From: Mytilus edulis
Lineage: Eukaryota
Assembly (NCBI RefSeq): GCF_963676685.1
Contig: NC_092348.1
Location: 90,644,001 to 90,708,000 of the forward strand
Direction: 5' to 3'
DNA length: 64,000 nucleotides
Position 1 is the stretch's first letter; each line of letters starts with the position of its first letter. Positions 41,301-54,100 of this stretch are shown piece by piece. The translations under genes and the position numbers were made by a program. The notes under the pieces are model-generated. The model did no database searches, was not told where the DNA came from, and was given only the letters and a program-made list of their open reading frames with translations.

Positions 41301-44300
41301 TTTCTTCATATTCACTTGCTTCTTCTTTTCTTTTAGATGTTACCTAAGGATATAATAACATAGCATGAGCTTTTAGATGTTACCTAAGGATATAACAATA
41401 ATATAGCATGAGCTTTTAGATGTTACCCAAGGATATAACAATAATATAGCATGAGCTTTTAGATGTTACCTAAGGATATAACAATAATATAGCATGAGCT
41501 TTTAGATGTTACCTAAGGATATAACAATAACAGCATGAGCTTTTAGATGTTACCTAAGGATATAACAATAATATAGCATGAGCTTTTAGATGTTACCTAA
41601 GGATATAACAATAATATAGCATGAGCTTTTAGATGTTACCCAAGGATATAACAATAATATAGCATGAGCTTTTAGATGTTACCCAAGGATATAACAATAA
41701 TATAGCATGAGCTTTTAGATGTTACCTAAGGATATAACAATAATATAGCATGAGCTTTTAGATGTTACCCAAGGATATAACAATAATATAGCATGAGCTT
41801 TTAGATGTTACCTAAGATATAACAATAACAGCATGAGCTTTTAGATGTTACCTAAGGATATAACACTAATATAGCATGAGCTTTTAGATGTTACCTAAGG
41901 ATATAACAATAATATAGCATGAGCTTTTAGATGTTACCTAAGATATAACAATAACAGCATGAGCTTTTAGATGTTACCTAAGGATATAACAATAATATAG
42001 CATGAGCTTTTAGATGTTACCCAAGGATATAACAATAATATAGCATGAGCTTAAAATGCTTTCATTACTTAGATGAAATGCTGTAAACGGTTTATGAAAT
42101 ACTATCACACTATCTTGAAATTATTATATATCTATACAATACAGTTGTGGTGTCAGCAAACTATAGGGTGACTTAACATATGATTTTATACTTGGCCTTG
42201 AGAGCATGAATAGCCAAAATTTATCAAAAAATATATTGGAGTCTTATGCATGCTCAAAGTTGTGGACTTTAGTTATGTTTTTGTATAAATCAGTTCATAT
42301 ACTCATGGAACTTCTACCTAGATTACTCTAAGTTAAATTTGAAAAGGTTGATGAACCCTGTATTTCTAATATCCATTTACAGTTTTGTATTTCTACTTTC
42401 TGTTTACAACTTCACATTTCTACTTTCTATTTACAGAAAATGGAAACCCTATGAATTGACCCATCATGTCTGAACAATTTAACCCTTTAACAAAGACAGT
42501 CAGTAGAACTGTTCCAGTGACTAATCCACCTAGTTTACAAAGTATCTGTAGGAATACCATTCTACATGCTATTACACTCAAAAGGATCAAACAGGTAAAT
42601 ATTACACCATCATGAGCATTCAGAGGTTTTGGTGATGAAAAAAACCCACAAAAATTCCTTTTTAAAGTTTTACAATAGCATGTTTTTTTTGGCCTCATAT
42701 GATGTAAACTTCTGAATTAGGTAGTAGTCACAAAGCTAATAGGTAAGTCACAATCTCTAGAACATATTCTACATTAGAATTCAGTACTAAAACAATTGGG
42801 AACTAACAAACTGTAAATTTGTTCATAAGAATTTCATCCTTTAACAGAATAAAATTTTATTCAATCCTTTTCATTCCCAAAAAAGAGTTGATTTCATGAT
42901 CCACCCATCAAATTAACACAGTTATCTTCATTAATCAATACAACAAAGAACTTCTTTTCTGTTGTGTTACACAGGCACTATTTTTTTTCATTTTTTTTTC
43001 ACATGTACGTAACATCATTAACTTGTACATGACAAATTAAGAGTAATGTATATTAAACAGAGTTCTCGAAATCTTTATTTGCCTAGTGGTCCTTGAAGAA
43101 AATATGCAGGTCCTCACTATCATTTCTATTGAAAATTGTAAAAACCAAAATTGTGTTGGTTCTTCTCAAAAATGTGGTGGTCAAATCCCTAGGACAACCA
43201 CTTATTGAGAACTCTGTATATATTCAGATACAATTTTTACTAGTTTTTTGACTCCATAAGAAATGCAATTTGTACAGATAATAATGTAATTTTCTGTTTT
43301 ATCATTTTTAGGCTGACGAGTCACTTCCCTTGCCTAAACCTCTGATGAGAACAGTCAGTGTTCTCAACTTGAAGGATTTTGTCATCGATGCAGAAAAATT
43401 AGAACCTACTAATCACCTGAGAGAAAGCTACCCAGCTACATGTATCTTTGATGGGATCCCATGTATCATCAAAGTCAAATCTAAAGGTATTCCATACAAA
43501 TTTACCGTACATTTTCCATTTAAAAATATTTAATACTGAATGTTGTCATTTTTTTGAGGTGTTGGAAATTCATTTATGTTCTTAAAGCATAAATCAAGCC
43601 GTTAACGTTGTTTTTCACTTTTGAATTGTTAATTTGTCATTCTGAGGCATTTAATATCTCACTATATCAAGGGGTTTGTTCATTGTTGAAGGCCAAACAA
43701 TATCCTTTAGTTAACATCCAGTTGATATATATTTGTCTCCTTGCCAATCATACCACATCTCTTTATTTTCATATTAATAAATGTTTTGCCTTTGTCCTAC
43801 AGATAGTAAGCCAGAATTAGATAACCCAAGCTTCATGGCATCGTTTGAAGACAAGAACTCTGTCTGTTGTGTTTATGAAGTAACAGATACTCTTAAAGAT
43901 AGAATTGTACAATGCAAACTCCAAAACACCAGATTCCAAGAGGTTTTTATATGGCGTTTAGCAAAGACACTTTTGGAGTTCGCACTAAATGAAAAGATAA
44001 CTCTGTCTACAAAAGTAAACAGTACCATGATACATTTTTACGGTCCAAAAGGAACGATATTTCTTGAAGCCACTGATAATCCAATGACCGAGATGATGGG
44101 AGCTGATTCAGCCATCTACGAGGCTCCGGAGGTTTTAAGACAGGAAGAACCAACTAACCAAGCGTTTTCATGGACTGTTGGGTGTATCATTTATGAAATG
44201 TTGGCATTGGAACCTGCCTTCTTTGACAGAACTGGTACTAATCCATTTCAAGTATTTATGGACATGATGCAAGGCATACTACCCCCTGAACCTACAGAGG

Positions 44301-47300
44301 GTAGTCCAGAAATAATAGAAATAATGTGGCACTGTTTTAAAACAGATCCTGCTAAAAGAATTCCTCCAGAAGATTTGCTTAGATTTGCAATAGCCCATTC
44401 AGAATAAAGCTTCTTTTATATAACATATCAAATGTTTAGCTCGAAAACAGCTTGGTTATTTTGTTAAGAATCTCTATTTGATTGCTTTTTACCCTATTAA
44501 TGATTCATTTATTATACCTCTCTTTTTATAAAAATAAATGTCAAATTTTATCAATCTCTTTTAAATGTAAAAATGCACTGACTGATTTTAATCCCTATCA
44601 ATGTTTTATACAGATTGTATGTTTTATCAATAAAGTATTATTATACATGTAATCAGTAATAAATTCAATTAATCCGTTACACAGCTTTTAACAAACTTGA
44701 TACATCATGGCTGTCATTTTTTTAAAGGTGGAGGAAGCTAGATTACTTAGAAAGAACCACTGACCTTCCACAGTTAAACTGGAAATCCAAGTCAATTAAG
44801 ATCAAAGTCAAACCCATCTTGCCATATTGACAGGCCAGGGTTCACTGTAGAGAACTTGACCACAACTAGATATGTTTTTGGCCCCACTATTTCAGATTCA
44901 TTTAATTGCCTACTTTCTCATATTGTGCCTTTGATGAAAGTATAATGGAATAAAAATAATGAATTTGTAAAATTTCTTTAATTTTATCTAATCTCAACTC
45001 CAATATCAAATACAAGGAATACATGTATTCCAAAAATTGAAATTTGGTATAGTCAAAACAACTTTACACAACCATTCTGTGATAGCAGATGAGAAAAATT
45101 TCACTTAGAATTTGTTATGTTATCAAGGAAGAAGTGATCAAATTTACATACACTATCAATGAAAATATATCCAGTACACATCCACCTCTCAACAATCAAC
45201 ATACCTCACCAAAACATCATTACAGTATTCCACCTTTAAAAAAGTGCATCACATTTAAGGTTTAAGAAGGTTCCAACTTGTCATTTTACCAAAAGCAATG
45301 TGATTTGATTTGAATTGATTTTTGGTGTTTTATCGCCCCTTTTTAGCACCACATTTAGGCAAATTCGTGGCAGCCAGTATTTTTTGGTGGAGGAATTTGA
45401 GTGCCCTAAGAATACCATGACCTTCGATAAGAAAAACTGACAATCCTAGTCTATTAAGATTGGACATGAGTGCACCTGCAGGAGCGTGGTTTGAACGCAC
45501 AACCTCAGTGTTGACTGGCTAGTGATTCAATAGTAACCACTTATACCTCTCGGCCACCCAGGCCCCAAACAGCAATGCGAGAGGTAGACAGATACTGTAA
45601 ATGACAAAAGTACCGTGGATTACTTACAGGAACACATTTAGGATTACTGGAGATGAGATGTGCACTAGTTACGTGGGTGGTCTGGTCATCGTTACATTTC
45701 ATATCCAATGTGAACTCTACTGAACACTCCGGACAAAACTCTTCACAAGTACAATCCTGAAAACAAATGTGCAAATAATTATTTATATACTGGAAATTCC
45801 ACAAATTTACACATGCATTTATATTCTTCTAAAAAGTAAAAAGAAATCAAAGTTGCTACATTTATTTTATAAAATACTACAAACAAATAGTGCTATTTAA
45901 ATTTAAAATTCTTATTAAAACCTATCTTGTCACAATAATAAAGACTTTTTTTATTACCAGCTATCAAGTAAACCTTAAAACTGTACAATTTGTTTTGACC
46001 AACCCCATTATATAAAACACATAACTTCTTTAAATCAAAGTGATGGATATCACTCATGGAAAGATTGGAGTAGTTTGAATAATTTCATATCAAGGTATGG
46101 TGGGGACAAAAAAGAACATTAATAATATTGAAGCACTAATGCTGAAAATTACATTAACAGCCGGTCTTTAGAAGGAAAAGTGCTTTTCCAGTATGAATAT
46201 AAAATGAGCTCAAATTAAATAACATGGGTCTAAAAAAATTGCAAATCTAAAATTTTCCTAGTTAATTTCACCAACAATGTTGATTAGTAATGAGGTCAAT
46301 TTAATTCGCAGTTAAGGAGGTGGGCAAAGTAATTAAAGGTCCACCTTGTCTCTGATTGTTTGGTGATAATGACAGTTGTCAATCATACTAGTATTGTATC
46401 AATACTCAATTAATTATGCAAACTAATTAAAAAGCCTGCACATGAACACACCCTAATGACATACATTCTTAAATGAACCGCTCCAAAAATATACCCATTT
46501 TTTCACAATTATATGTGTATTCTGTGCACATACATGAGAACTATATGAGCTATATTTCAGTGCAGTGAATACATTTAGTAGCTAACCAGTCGTGTTGTTA
46601 AGGAGGCCAGTGCCTTAAGAAAGATTTAGAACAAGTTCCAATCTTTCCAAAAACCCATCAACTTCCTCAGAAAATAAAACCATATTCACTTTCCCCTCTG
46701 AGTTTTCGGTACCAAAAATGAACAACATATAAAATATCACATATATATATAATCTTTAAGTAGCTATCATAGCAACTCAAAGATTATATGCATGTGATTG
46801 TATGGGTTGTTAACAAATAGAATGATATGTTTTCATTAAAAGTCGAGAAATACAGTAATTATACACACAAGATGATTTGTTCAAATTCCACCACAGCTGG
46901 TGAATAGTGAATCCCATTAAAACAGGATAATTGGTGATAATTAAAAGAGTTAGAACAATCAGATAATATCTAATGAATAAACAAACAGTATACACATTTC
47001 ACATTGTTGAAGGCTATACCATGGCCTACAGTTGCCAACATCCATTTTATTAAAGCTCTAAAGGTAACTCTTTGGCAATCATACCACATCTCCTTATTTC
47101 ATACAATCATAACCATTCGATCATTGTGAAAATTCACAAGAGTTATAACAAAGTGAACATAAATTTCGGCTGTTCGGAGTGAGTTGAAGGCCGTACATTG
47201 ACCTATAATGGTTTACTTTTATAAATTTTTATTTGGATGGAGAGTTGTCTCATTGGCACTCACACCACATCTTCCTATATCTATATAAAGTGAACACATT

Positions 47301-50300
47301 GTGAGTACTCTTAGATGATATATAAAGTACATATTCAACTTTTAATACTTTACTCTACTTTGATAAGTAATCACATATGCATGCTTGAAATTATTTAAAA
47401 CAGATTTTTTATTCAAACTGCTGTTGCCTTCAAACATGAAGTAGTCTATTTTTTATCATTTTTATCTGCTGACGATTGCAACACTTGTTTTAAAATAATA
47501 ACACCATCTGTATAAGACCTTTAGCCAATTGTGTGTGCCCTTTTTAAAAATGGTTGATTAAAAAAGCTCAGTATCTCATACTTTATAAAGTCTGAAATGT
47601 TATAGAGTACACCCACAAAATCCTTTTCTGTTGATTATAATCTTACTCTGGAATACTGCATCCTGTCCACTATTTCATCACTGGTCAGTGGTATTAAACC
47701 TATTCTGTGGGCCAGAAACTCATCAAATAACACTGTAGAATTGGATTCCATCTGTACCCAATCTATTGCTGAAATTCATAACATAAACATCACAAACATA
47801 GGGAGATTTAAATAAAAGGACTAATATTGTAAAAACATTATGTTTTACATATTTACCTTATCAAAATGCTTATTGAGAATGTAGACTTGTGTAATAAATT
47901 GTCCGTTCAATTACTTAAGACAAACTGTGTGACAGGGTTATACATATTTCAACCCTCTCTCTGACTTGCAACAGACTGAAAAATGACATTCAAAAAAATT
48001 GTTACTGTTACCTGTTTTTTTCCATATCATTAAGGAAAGTTCACTAAGGAGTTAGGCTGTTTTCTTTGTAGTTTTAGTGAAAAATAAAACTTCAATCTAC
48101 GTGCATGTTTTTTCAATATAAAATACCATACTTATAAATGTTATATAATTTCCTATCATATTTACCCATGGTTGGAACTTCAGCTATGCATACTCTTCTA
48201 ACAGCATTTGCAACACTGTAAAACAAATAAAATGAAATATAATCAGTATTAAATGTATAGCTATAGAAGTTCATTCCTTCAATCTTCAAGGCGGAGGTAC
48301 AAAATGTATAGAAACTATAAACATAATTTTTCATCATGAAAAAAACAAAATATTTTCGTCCTCGTCACAATCAGTAAAGAATTATGTTTTTAAAAGTAAT
48401 ATTGAACTATTATTTTTTTCAGAAATTTCAACCAATGTAAATTTCAAATGTCTGTTACTGTGTATTTTTTTCCAAATACCATTTGTTTTTAATACTCATA
48501 CATACATTTTTACATGTATATCTAATTAATCAAAATACTTCAATGTTAGAATGAAGTTACCTGATAACATTGAACAAATCCTTTGATCACATTAAAATTA
48601 ACAATATATAAGAATACCAAAATACCATGACCTACATGATGACAATTTCTCTTTTTTTTGTAAAGCAAAACACTATACACCATTAATATCACTGTATACT
48701 TGTCCATCATTGATTGACAGAAGATTTGAATCTATTCATATACATTTGTACCTAAGCTTTTTAAAGTTCTAGTTTATCAATAGTTGATACCATTAGAGGG
48801 ATAGGGGGAATTAAAAATAAATTAAAGGTCTAAGAAAACTAGACAAAACCATGTAAAAGATAAACAAAAGTCCAATTAAAAATCCAGAGAAAACAACATC
48901 TAAACATTACAAATACCATAATACCAGCTCAATCTAAAATACGATTGAACACCTACATGTATATAGTGCCCTACACTGCAACTGTGATGGTTACAAACCA
49001 ATCCAGTCATGCTAGTGCTATTCCATAAAATAGTATAGCAATTTACTCTAAAAAAAACTTATTATTACAAGAAACACTTATGAACCACATCAACAAAAGG
49101 ACAACTACTGAACAACAGTTCCTGACTTGATTAAGACATGTGCAAACAAATGCAACCGTTGAACCCTTACCTGAACCAGAAGAATAACATTACAATTTAA
49201 AACATAAAAAAACACATTTTATTAAATTAATGTTATGTACTAAAACAGATGTACTGAAACATAATGTCTATAATGATAACGTATACCACCATTTAGTATC
49301 AGACAATCCCTCAAGTGAATGGATAAACAAATTATTGAGTTATTATAAGATTTAAACCTCTATCCCATAAAGAATACAGATATCAAACTGAAAGTCTATA
49401 TGTATTTTAAATATGCACTATTTAAATAATTCTCTGGCACTAATAGGTGTAAATAGAGCTTGATCTAGTCCAAATAATTACAATGTATGAGTCTTGAAAG
49501 GCCATTATAATTTTTTTCTTTCATGCCTTAACTTGATCATGATTTTTACATTTCGGTATATATTCTTTGTTTTTTAAGATTTTTAACATAAAGTTGGCTC
49601 CAAGTTTTCAAGAACTGGCGACAAAGTATAGAAGCTATCAATTTGTCTGGCTCCAATTTTTTGTGAGCCAGAGCAGCCCCTGCTTTGTAGAGAAGAAGTT
49701 CAGTTATGTCTTCTTCTTCTTCCGAATACGTGAGTAGACACCTAGGTAGGAGTGTAAAACTTCCCGGAACTTGTGTGCTATGTACATATGGACTTAATTT
49801 AAAAATAATATGACAAAGAAAAATCGTTAACAATAACATATATACATTATGTACAGTGGCTTTGTAGTTCAATAAGTTGTTGTGGATCCTTCAAATGTTA
49901 GAGTGGATATGCCACTTTTGAAGGATTCCAGGGTGTCAGACATACCTATTGCTTCAGGTAGTGAGTTCCAGTCCGAAATAGTGCGAGGATAAAATGAGAA
50001 TTTATAGAAATCTTTATTTGTTGATATTTGCCTAAATTTATGTTTCCCCCTAGTACGTCTATCAGATATTGTAAAATTGTCCTTAGGAACTTCAACTAAC
50101 CCCCCAATTTATTTTAAATAGCATAGTTAATCTAGCTTTTTTCCTTTTTATTTCTAAATTTTCGGAATTCCCATTCCAATGATTTAATTAAATTTGAAAC
50201 TGCTCCAGGTGATCTGTCTTTATAATCATTGAAGACAAACCTGGCTGCCTTACGCTGTACCTGCTCAACCTGAGTGATGTGTTGTTTTAGTACGGATCCC

Positions 50301-50854
50301 AGACAAGGGAAGAGTATTCGACGACTGGGCGTACAAGTGATGTGTACATAGGGTTTTTAACCTTATGTGTTCAGTTTTTCAAGTTCCTACGAAGAAAATC
50401 TTACGTTTTATTTGCCTTACAGGTAATATTGTTTATATGTGTTCCCCAATCAAGATCATGGCTTATAGTTACGCCTAAATATTTACTGTTTTTACTGCTT
50501 CTAAAACATGATTGTGCAATATATATATAATCAAATAAGGTCTTATGATTATTTGATCATTTTTTCTTTGGCAATGTCATTAAACCATTTACAAATCGGT
50601 GTTGCAGCAGTAATAAGAATTCGAAGTATCTAGTTTAAAGAGAAAAAAAACAGTTATGTTTATTTCATAATTTTTAAAATCACTTTATATTTTCACCACA
50701 TGCAGCACCTGTATCAGAATCTTAATGTTAGAGGCATAGCAGATATGTTAACTTAGTGTTTATGTAACCTCAAATCAGTATCTTCAAGTGTAAATTTAAG
50801 ATTCTCGTCTGTTAGTTCTGTTAATGTTACAGTAGGTTGATTAGCGTAAGGCAT
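38366..50854 (-). CDS. POLR2C: RNA polymerase II subunit RPB3, complete, 8 coding exons, 273 aa
   Basis: Exons 50769-50854, 48166-48215, 47647-47768, 45628-45756, 41295-41343, 40639-40807, 39412-39449 and 38366-38544 (822 nt, phases consistent). MPYANQPTV...[13 protein letters not shown]...[18 protein letters not shown]...KLRKGQEL...KEHAKWNP...[18 protein letters not shown]. Confidence 0.97.
39112..39385. mobile_element. Kolobok-like MITE, 274 bp
   Basis: TIR GGTGGTACC(C/T)AACACT, TTAA on both flanks. Confidence 0.8.
39883..40070. mobile_element. Tc1/mariner-type MITE; older copy at ~39563-39770
   Basis: TA-flanked TIR CTGTAAATTCAGAAAT. Confidence 0.75.
40245..40558 (+). repeat. Abundant interspersed ~300-bp repeat (AGATGTGG...GCCAATGAGACAACTCTCC family)
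   Basis: Related copies or fragments at ~6915, 11760, 12286, 37490(-), 43650(-), 47190(-), 49075, 55160(-), 58140 and 60540. Confidence 0.7.
41147..41273. repeat. 14-bp minisatellite (TTTGTGTTCTGATG) x~9
   Basis: Directly visible tandem array, ending ~20 bp from the POLR2C exon 5 donor. Confidence 0.9.
41331..42050. repeat. 43-bp minisatellite x17 spanning the POLR2C exon 5 splice acceptor
   Basis: Unit TTTTAGATGTTACC(T/C)AAGGATATAACAATAATATAGCATGAGC, with 40-41 bp variants. Confidence 0.95.
42466..44407 (+). CDS. Nested gene: N-terminal SOCS-box / NEK-like pseudokinase protein, 302 aa
   Basis: Exons 42466-42594 (acceptor at 42435-36, so an upstream 5' UTR exon is implied), 43312-43486 and 43803-44407; phases 0 and 1; 909 nt open. 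It contains [12 protein letters not shown]...LPLPKPL (SOCS box), [22 protein letters not shown] and DPAKR, but no GxGxxG, HRD or DFG. AATAAA at 44403, 44533 and 44629. Confidence 0.8.
45301..45566 (-). mobile_element. tRNA-derived SINE
   Basis: Minus strand head GGGGCCTGGGTGGCCGAGAGG (A box) ... GTTCAAACC (B box), a body, and a short (ATCAA)n-like tail. Fragment of the same family at ~44725-44800. Confidence 0.7.
49709..50520 (-). mobile_element. 3' fragment of a CR1/L2-group non-LTR retrotransposon
   Basis: [29 protein letters not shown] and [16 protein letters not shown] motifs; (GAA)n tail at 49709-49722. Confidence 0.75.
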
Positions 50855-51179
50855 TTTTTCTCGATTGTGTCTTTCAAAAAATCCTCACATCATAAACCGG
50901 AAATAAAACCGTCCTGTCCCATTGAAATTTTTAGGGGTGGGCAGGTTACAAAAAAATCTTTGAAATCAGTTTTATGCCGAGATCTTCACAAATACTTCTT
51001 AATGAAAGAACAAGCTCTTCGTTTTGAACAATAAAATACTTAAAGATTGACATTGCTAGGCATATAATATGTTTTTTTTTATAAAAATATCAAACATACC
51101 CTACAGCAATTTATTTGACACATCTTGTTTACTTCCGGTTTCGGGACAGCTGTGGTCCTCAGAAACAAACAGCATAAAC
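50855..51179. promoter_or_regulatory. Probable bidirectional promoter shared by POLR2C and RPRD1
   Basis: Divergent ATGs are 325 bp apart. ETS/GABP-type cores CCGGAA (50897-50902) and ACTTCCGG (51131-51138) each lie close to one start codon, in opposite orientations. Confidence 0.7.
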
Positions 51180-54100
51180 ATGTCTTCATTTACAGATAGC
51201 AACTTCGTAAAGAAATTAAGCGAACTGAACAACACACAGCAGAGTATTCAGACGTTATCATTATGGCTGATTCACCACAGAAAGCATTCAAAAACCATCA
51301 CCCAAGTATGGCTGAGAGAATTGCAAAAAGGTCAGTATACCTGTCCACAAATCTTATACACAGAACAGCACGTGTAACGTGTCTAAAATGTCAAAATTGT
51401 ATATCTCTGATGAAGATAAAACTTACAACATTGAGTTGACATTCTGCAATGCTAGCTAGTAACTGCCATTGTCTGTAAAGGTGCACTTGCAAGCCACAAA
51501 AGAAGTTTTTGTCTCAAGAAAAGGTTAGGACCAGCTACATGTACCTGAATGAGTTAAACATACATGAACCATAAGGAAGCAGGACAAATCGCCCCACTGG
51601 CAAATCGCCCCACCCCTAATCGCCCCACTTCTTCACCAACTCGCCCCACTTTAAAAAAAAACGCCCCAAACTGATTCACCAAATCGCCCCACATTTTTAA
51701 AAATCGCCCCACATGTGAAATGTGTTAAATCCTGTTAATATTACTCCTGCCAACTCGCCCCACTTAATAGAAAACGGTAATATCTAGATTAATATATAAT
51801 TTTCATGTCTGCCAACTAGCCCCACTTTAATGAAAACTAATCTACACAAAATACAAACAAACTGAAAATTTATGTTATTTCTATTATTGATATACTGGAA
51901 TTATAATTCTAAATATAATTTTCGTATTGTTGGAGAATAACTGTATTCTTGTAATCTTAGTTATTTGCCAATTGAAAAGAAACCTGTTATATTAAACATA
52001 TCAAAGGATTTCAATTAACAGCAATTTTGTTATCATAGCAATTACTGGATTGGTTACTTTTGTCTCTGAATTAAGAATAATTCAACACTAACGAGCAATC
52101 AGAAAATGATGTTCCTAACCTTATTTCTGTTTTATTTCAACTATGCAGAAGAAAGTACAAAAAAAAAGAAGCATTTCAAACGTTCTCATAAGTGGGACCA
52201 ATTGGAAAGCCAACACACATTCATGACATTACAGTTTAATTATTTTATTCGTAAGTGGTGCTAGTTGGAAGCCTTTAACTCTATTCATACTTGTACTTTT
52301 CATAAGTGGGGCTAGTTGGCATAAATCAATTCATCAGGATTTTTCTATTTTTCACAAGTGGAGCGAGTTGACATTCACGTTATCAAAATACTAAAAAAAA
52401 ATAATCACTTCTTACTGCTATTTAAAAAAAAAGGAATAACATATATATATGTTACAGTAAATAGGTGAAATTAGGAATTACACGTAATTACTAAACATTT
52501 CAGTAAATACCTGTAATCACTAGTCAATTTAGTAATTACATGTATTTACTTGTTGTTTCAGTGATTACAGGTATTTACTGATTTTTTTTGTCATTTTTAC
52601 AGCTATTTACTAACTTGATATTTCTCTTTAAAAATTAAAGACATAATTCAAGATGTCAAATAAGAAAGTAAGGGGTAGGGATTTTTAGGGCTTACTTAAG
52701 GATCAAGGATGATAAGGCACATAAAAAGTGCATACTCTTCAGTGTTTGTAAATTGAAACTGGAAAATGGTTGTTTTATAAGTTTTGAAACTCCCTAAAAA
52801 TCATTTTGAACATGCAAGACAATGATATCAATCCAAAATTGAGAAAAACATTTTTGAGAAATTTATAGGCAACTTAGCCAGCTATTTAATTGTTAAGATA
52901 GACATTAGATTATGGCAAACTTGGTTAAATGATCTTTATAATTCTTAAAATCTCATAATTTTGTTATATTAAAATCTTCATCAGGCATACTCTGCATATC
53001 AACTCGGCCAATAACATGAGTTAAATTCCTTTTACAAAACAGGTTTAACTACGACTTCTTTTGTCAGACATTTGCGATGAAGCTGACATTCTTCACAAAC
53101 AAATTTATACAAATTGATGGCGTAAAGAGTCACATTTTCATATTTCCGTGTTTTTATGAGTTCTTCAAGACCTCAAAACTTAAGCTATATATCTCCAACA
53201 AAATTTTATCATCGTTTCTTCCTGTATAAGAATGATCTTTTTGTGGATTGAAAAAGTAAACTAAATGGTCCATCCCTTTTGTTTTACTTTCAATGTTGAC
53301 ATTTCTTTTCCTTTTCATCGAGCCTCTGTTTTTTTTTGTCGCAAAAGCGAGACATAGCGAACCAACCTAACAATTCCGTCGCCAGCTGCGTCCACAAATA
53401 TTCGCTCTGTGGTTATATTTTTTAAATTTTGATAAGTTTCTCAAATTATCCTGGATTTCTACCAAACTTGAACAGAAGCTTCAGTTGTTTATGATCAAAA
53501 GATACATTTCCAGAAGTAAATTTTGTAAAAAAAAAATTCCGTATTTTACTTATAAAGGGACTTAGTTTTTATGCCAGTTAACATTACATTCACACTGTGG
53601 TTAACTTTTAAAAAATTTAATAACTTCTCAAAATATCCTGGATTTCTGTCAAAATTGGATAGACGCTTGTTTATGATCATAAGATAATATCTAGAAATAA
53701 AGTTTGTAAAAAAAACTATACTTTTTGGTATATTTCTTATTTAAACGGACTATTTTTTTCCAGTTAACATAACATACACTCTGCAGTTAAAGATTAGATT
53801 TCATAAACCATCCTGAAATTTTAACAAATTTTGATAGAAGATTCTTACAGAACTAGTCAAAAGATAGTATCTAGAAGAAAATACAAAATATTTTTTTTCC
53901 TTTTTTGTTGGGCCTGCGACTCACAGCAAAAGTAGGCGAGACACTGGGTTCTGCAAAACCCTAAAATTTTGATAGCTGAATACTCAATGATTTTCTAATT
54001 AGTATTACCATAACTTTTGATCAGTGGACCATATTACAACATTGTTTTAACAGTTAGTAAATAGGTGTAAAAATTCAATTTAATTCAGTAATTACTGGTA

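Noticed and set aside
41331-42050. CRISPR-like appearance of the 43-bp array (also the 50-bp array at 62551-63190)
   Set aside because: Units are contiguous with no unique spacers, there are no cas genes, and the context is a eukaryotic intron.
43781-44407. Stand-alone 208-aa active protein kinase, as suggested by the ORF track
   Set aside because: The ORF start lies in a polypyrimidine tract before the acceptor at 43801-02, and catalytic HRD/DFG are absent. It is the last exon of a spliced pseudokinase gene.
45480-45566. tRNA gene
   Set aside because: A and B boxes are present but there is no convincing cloverleaf, and it continues into a SINE body and tail.
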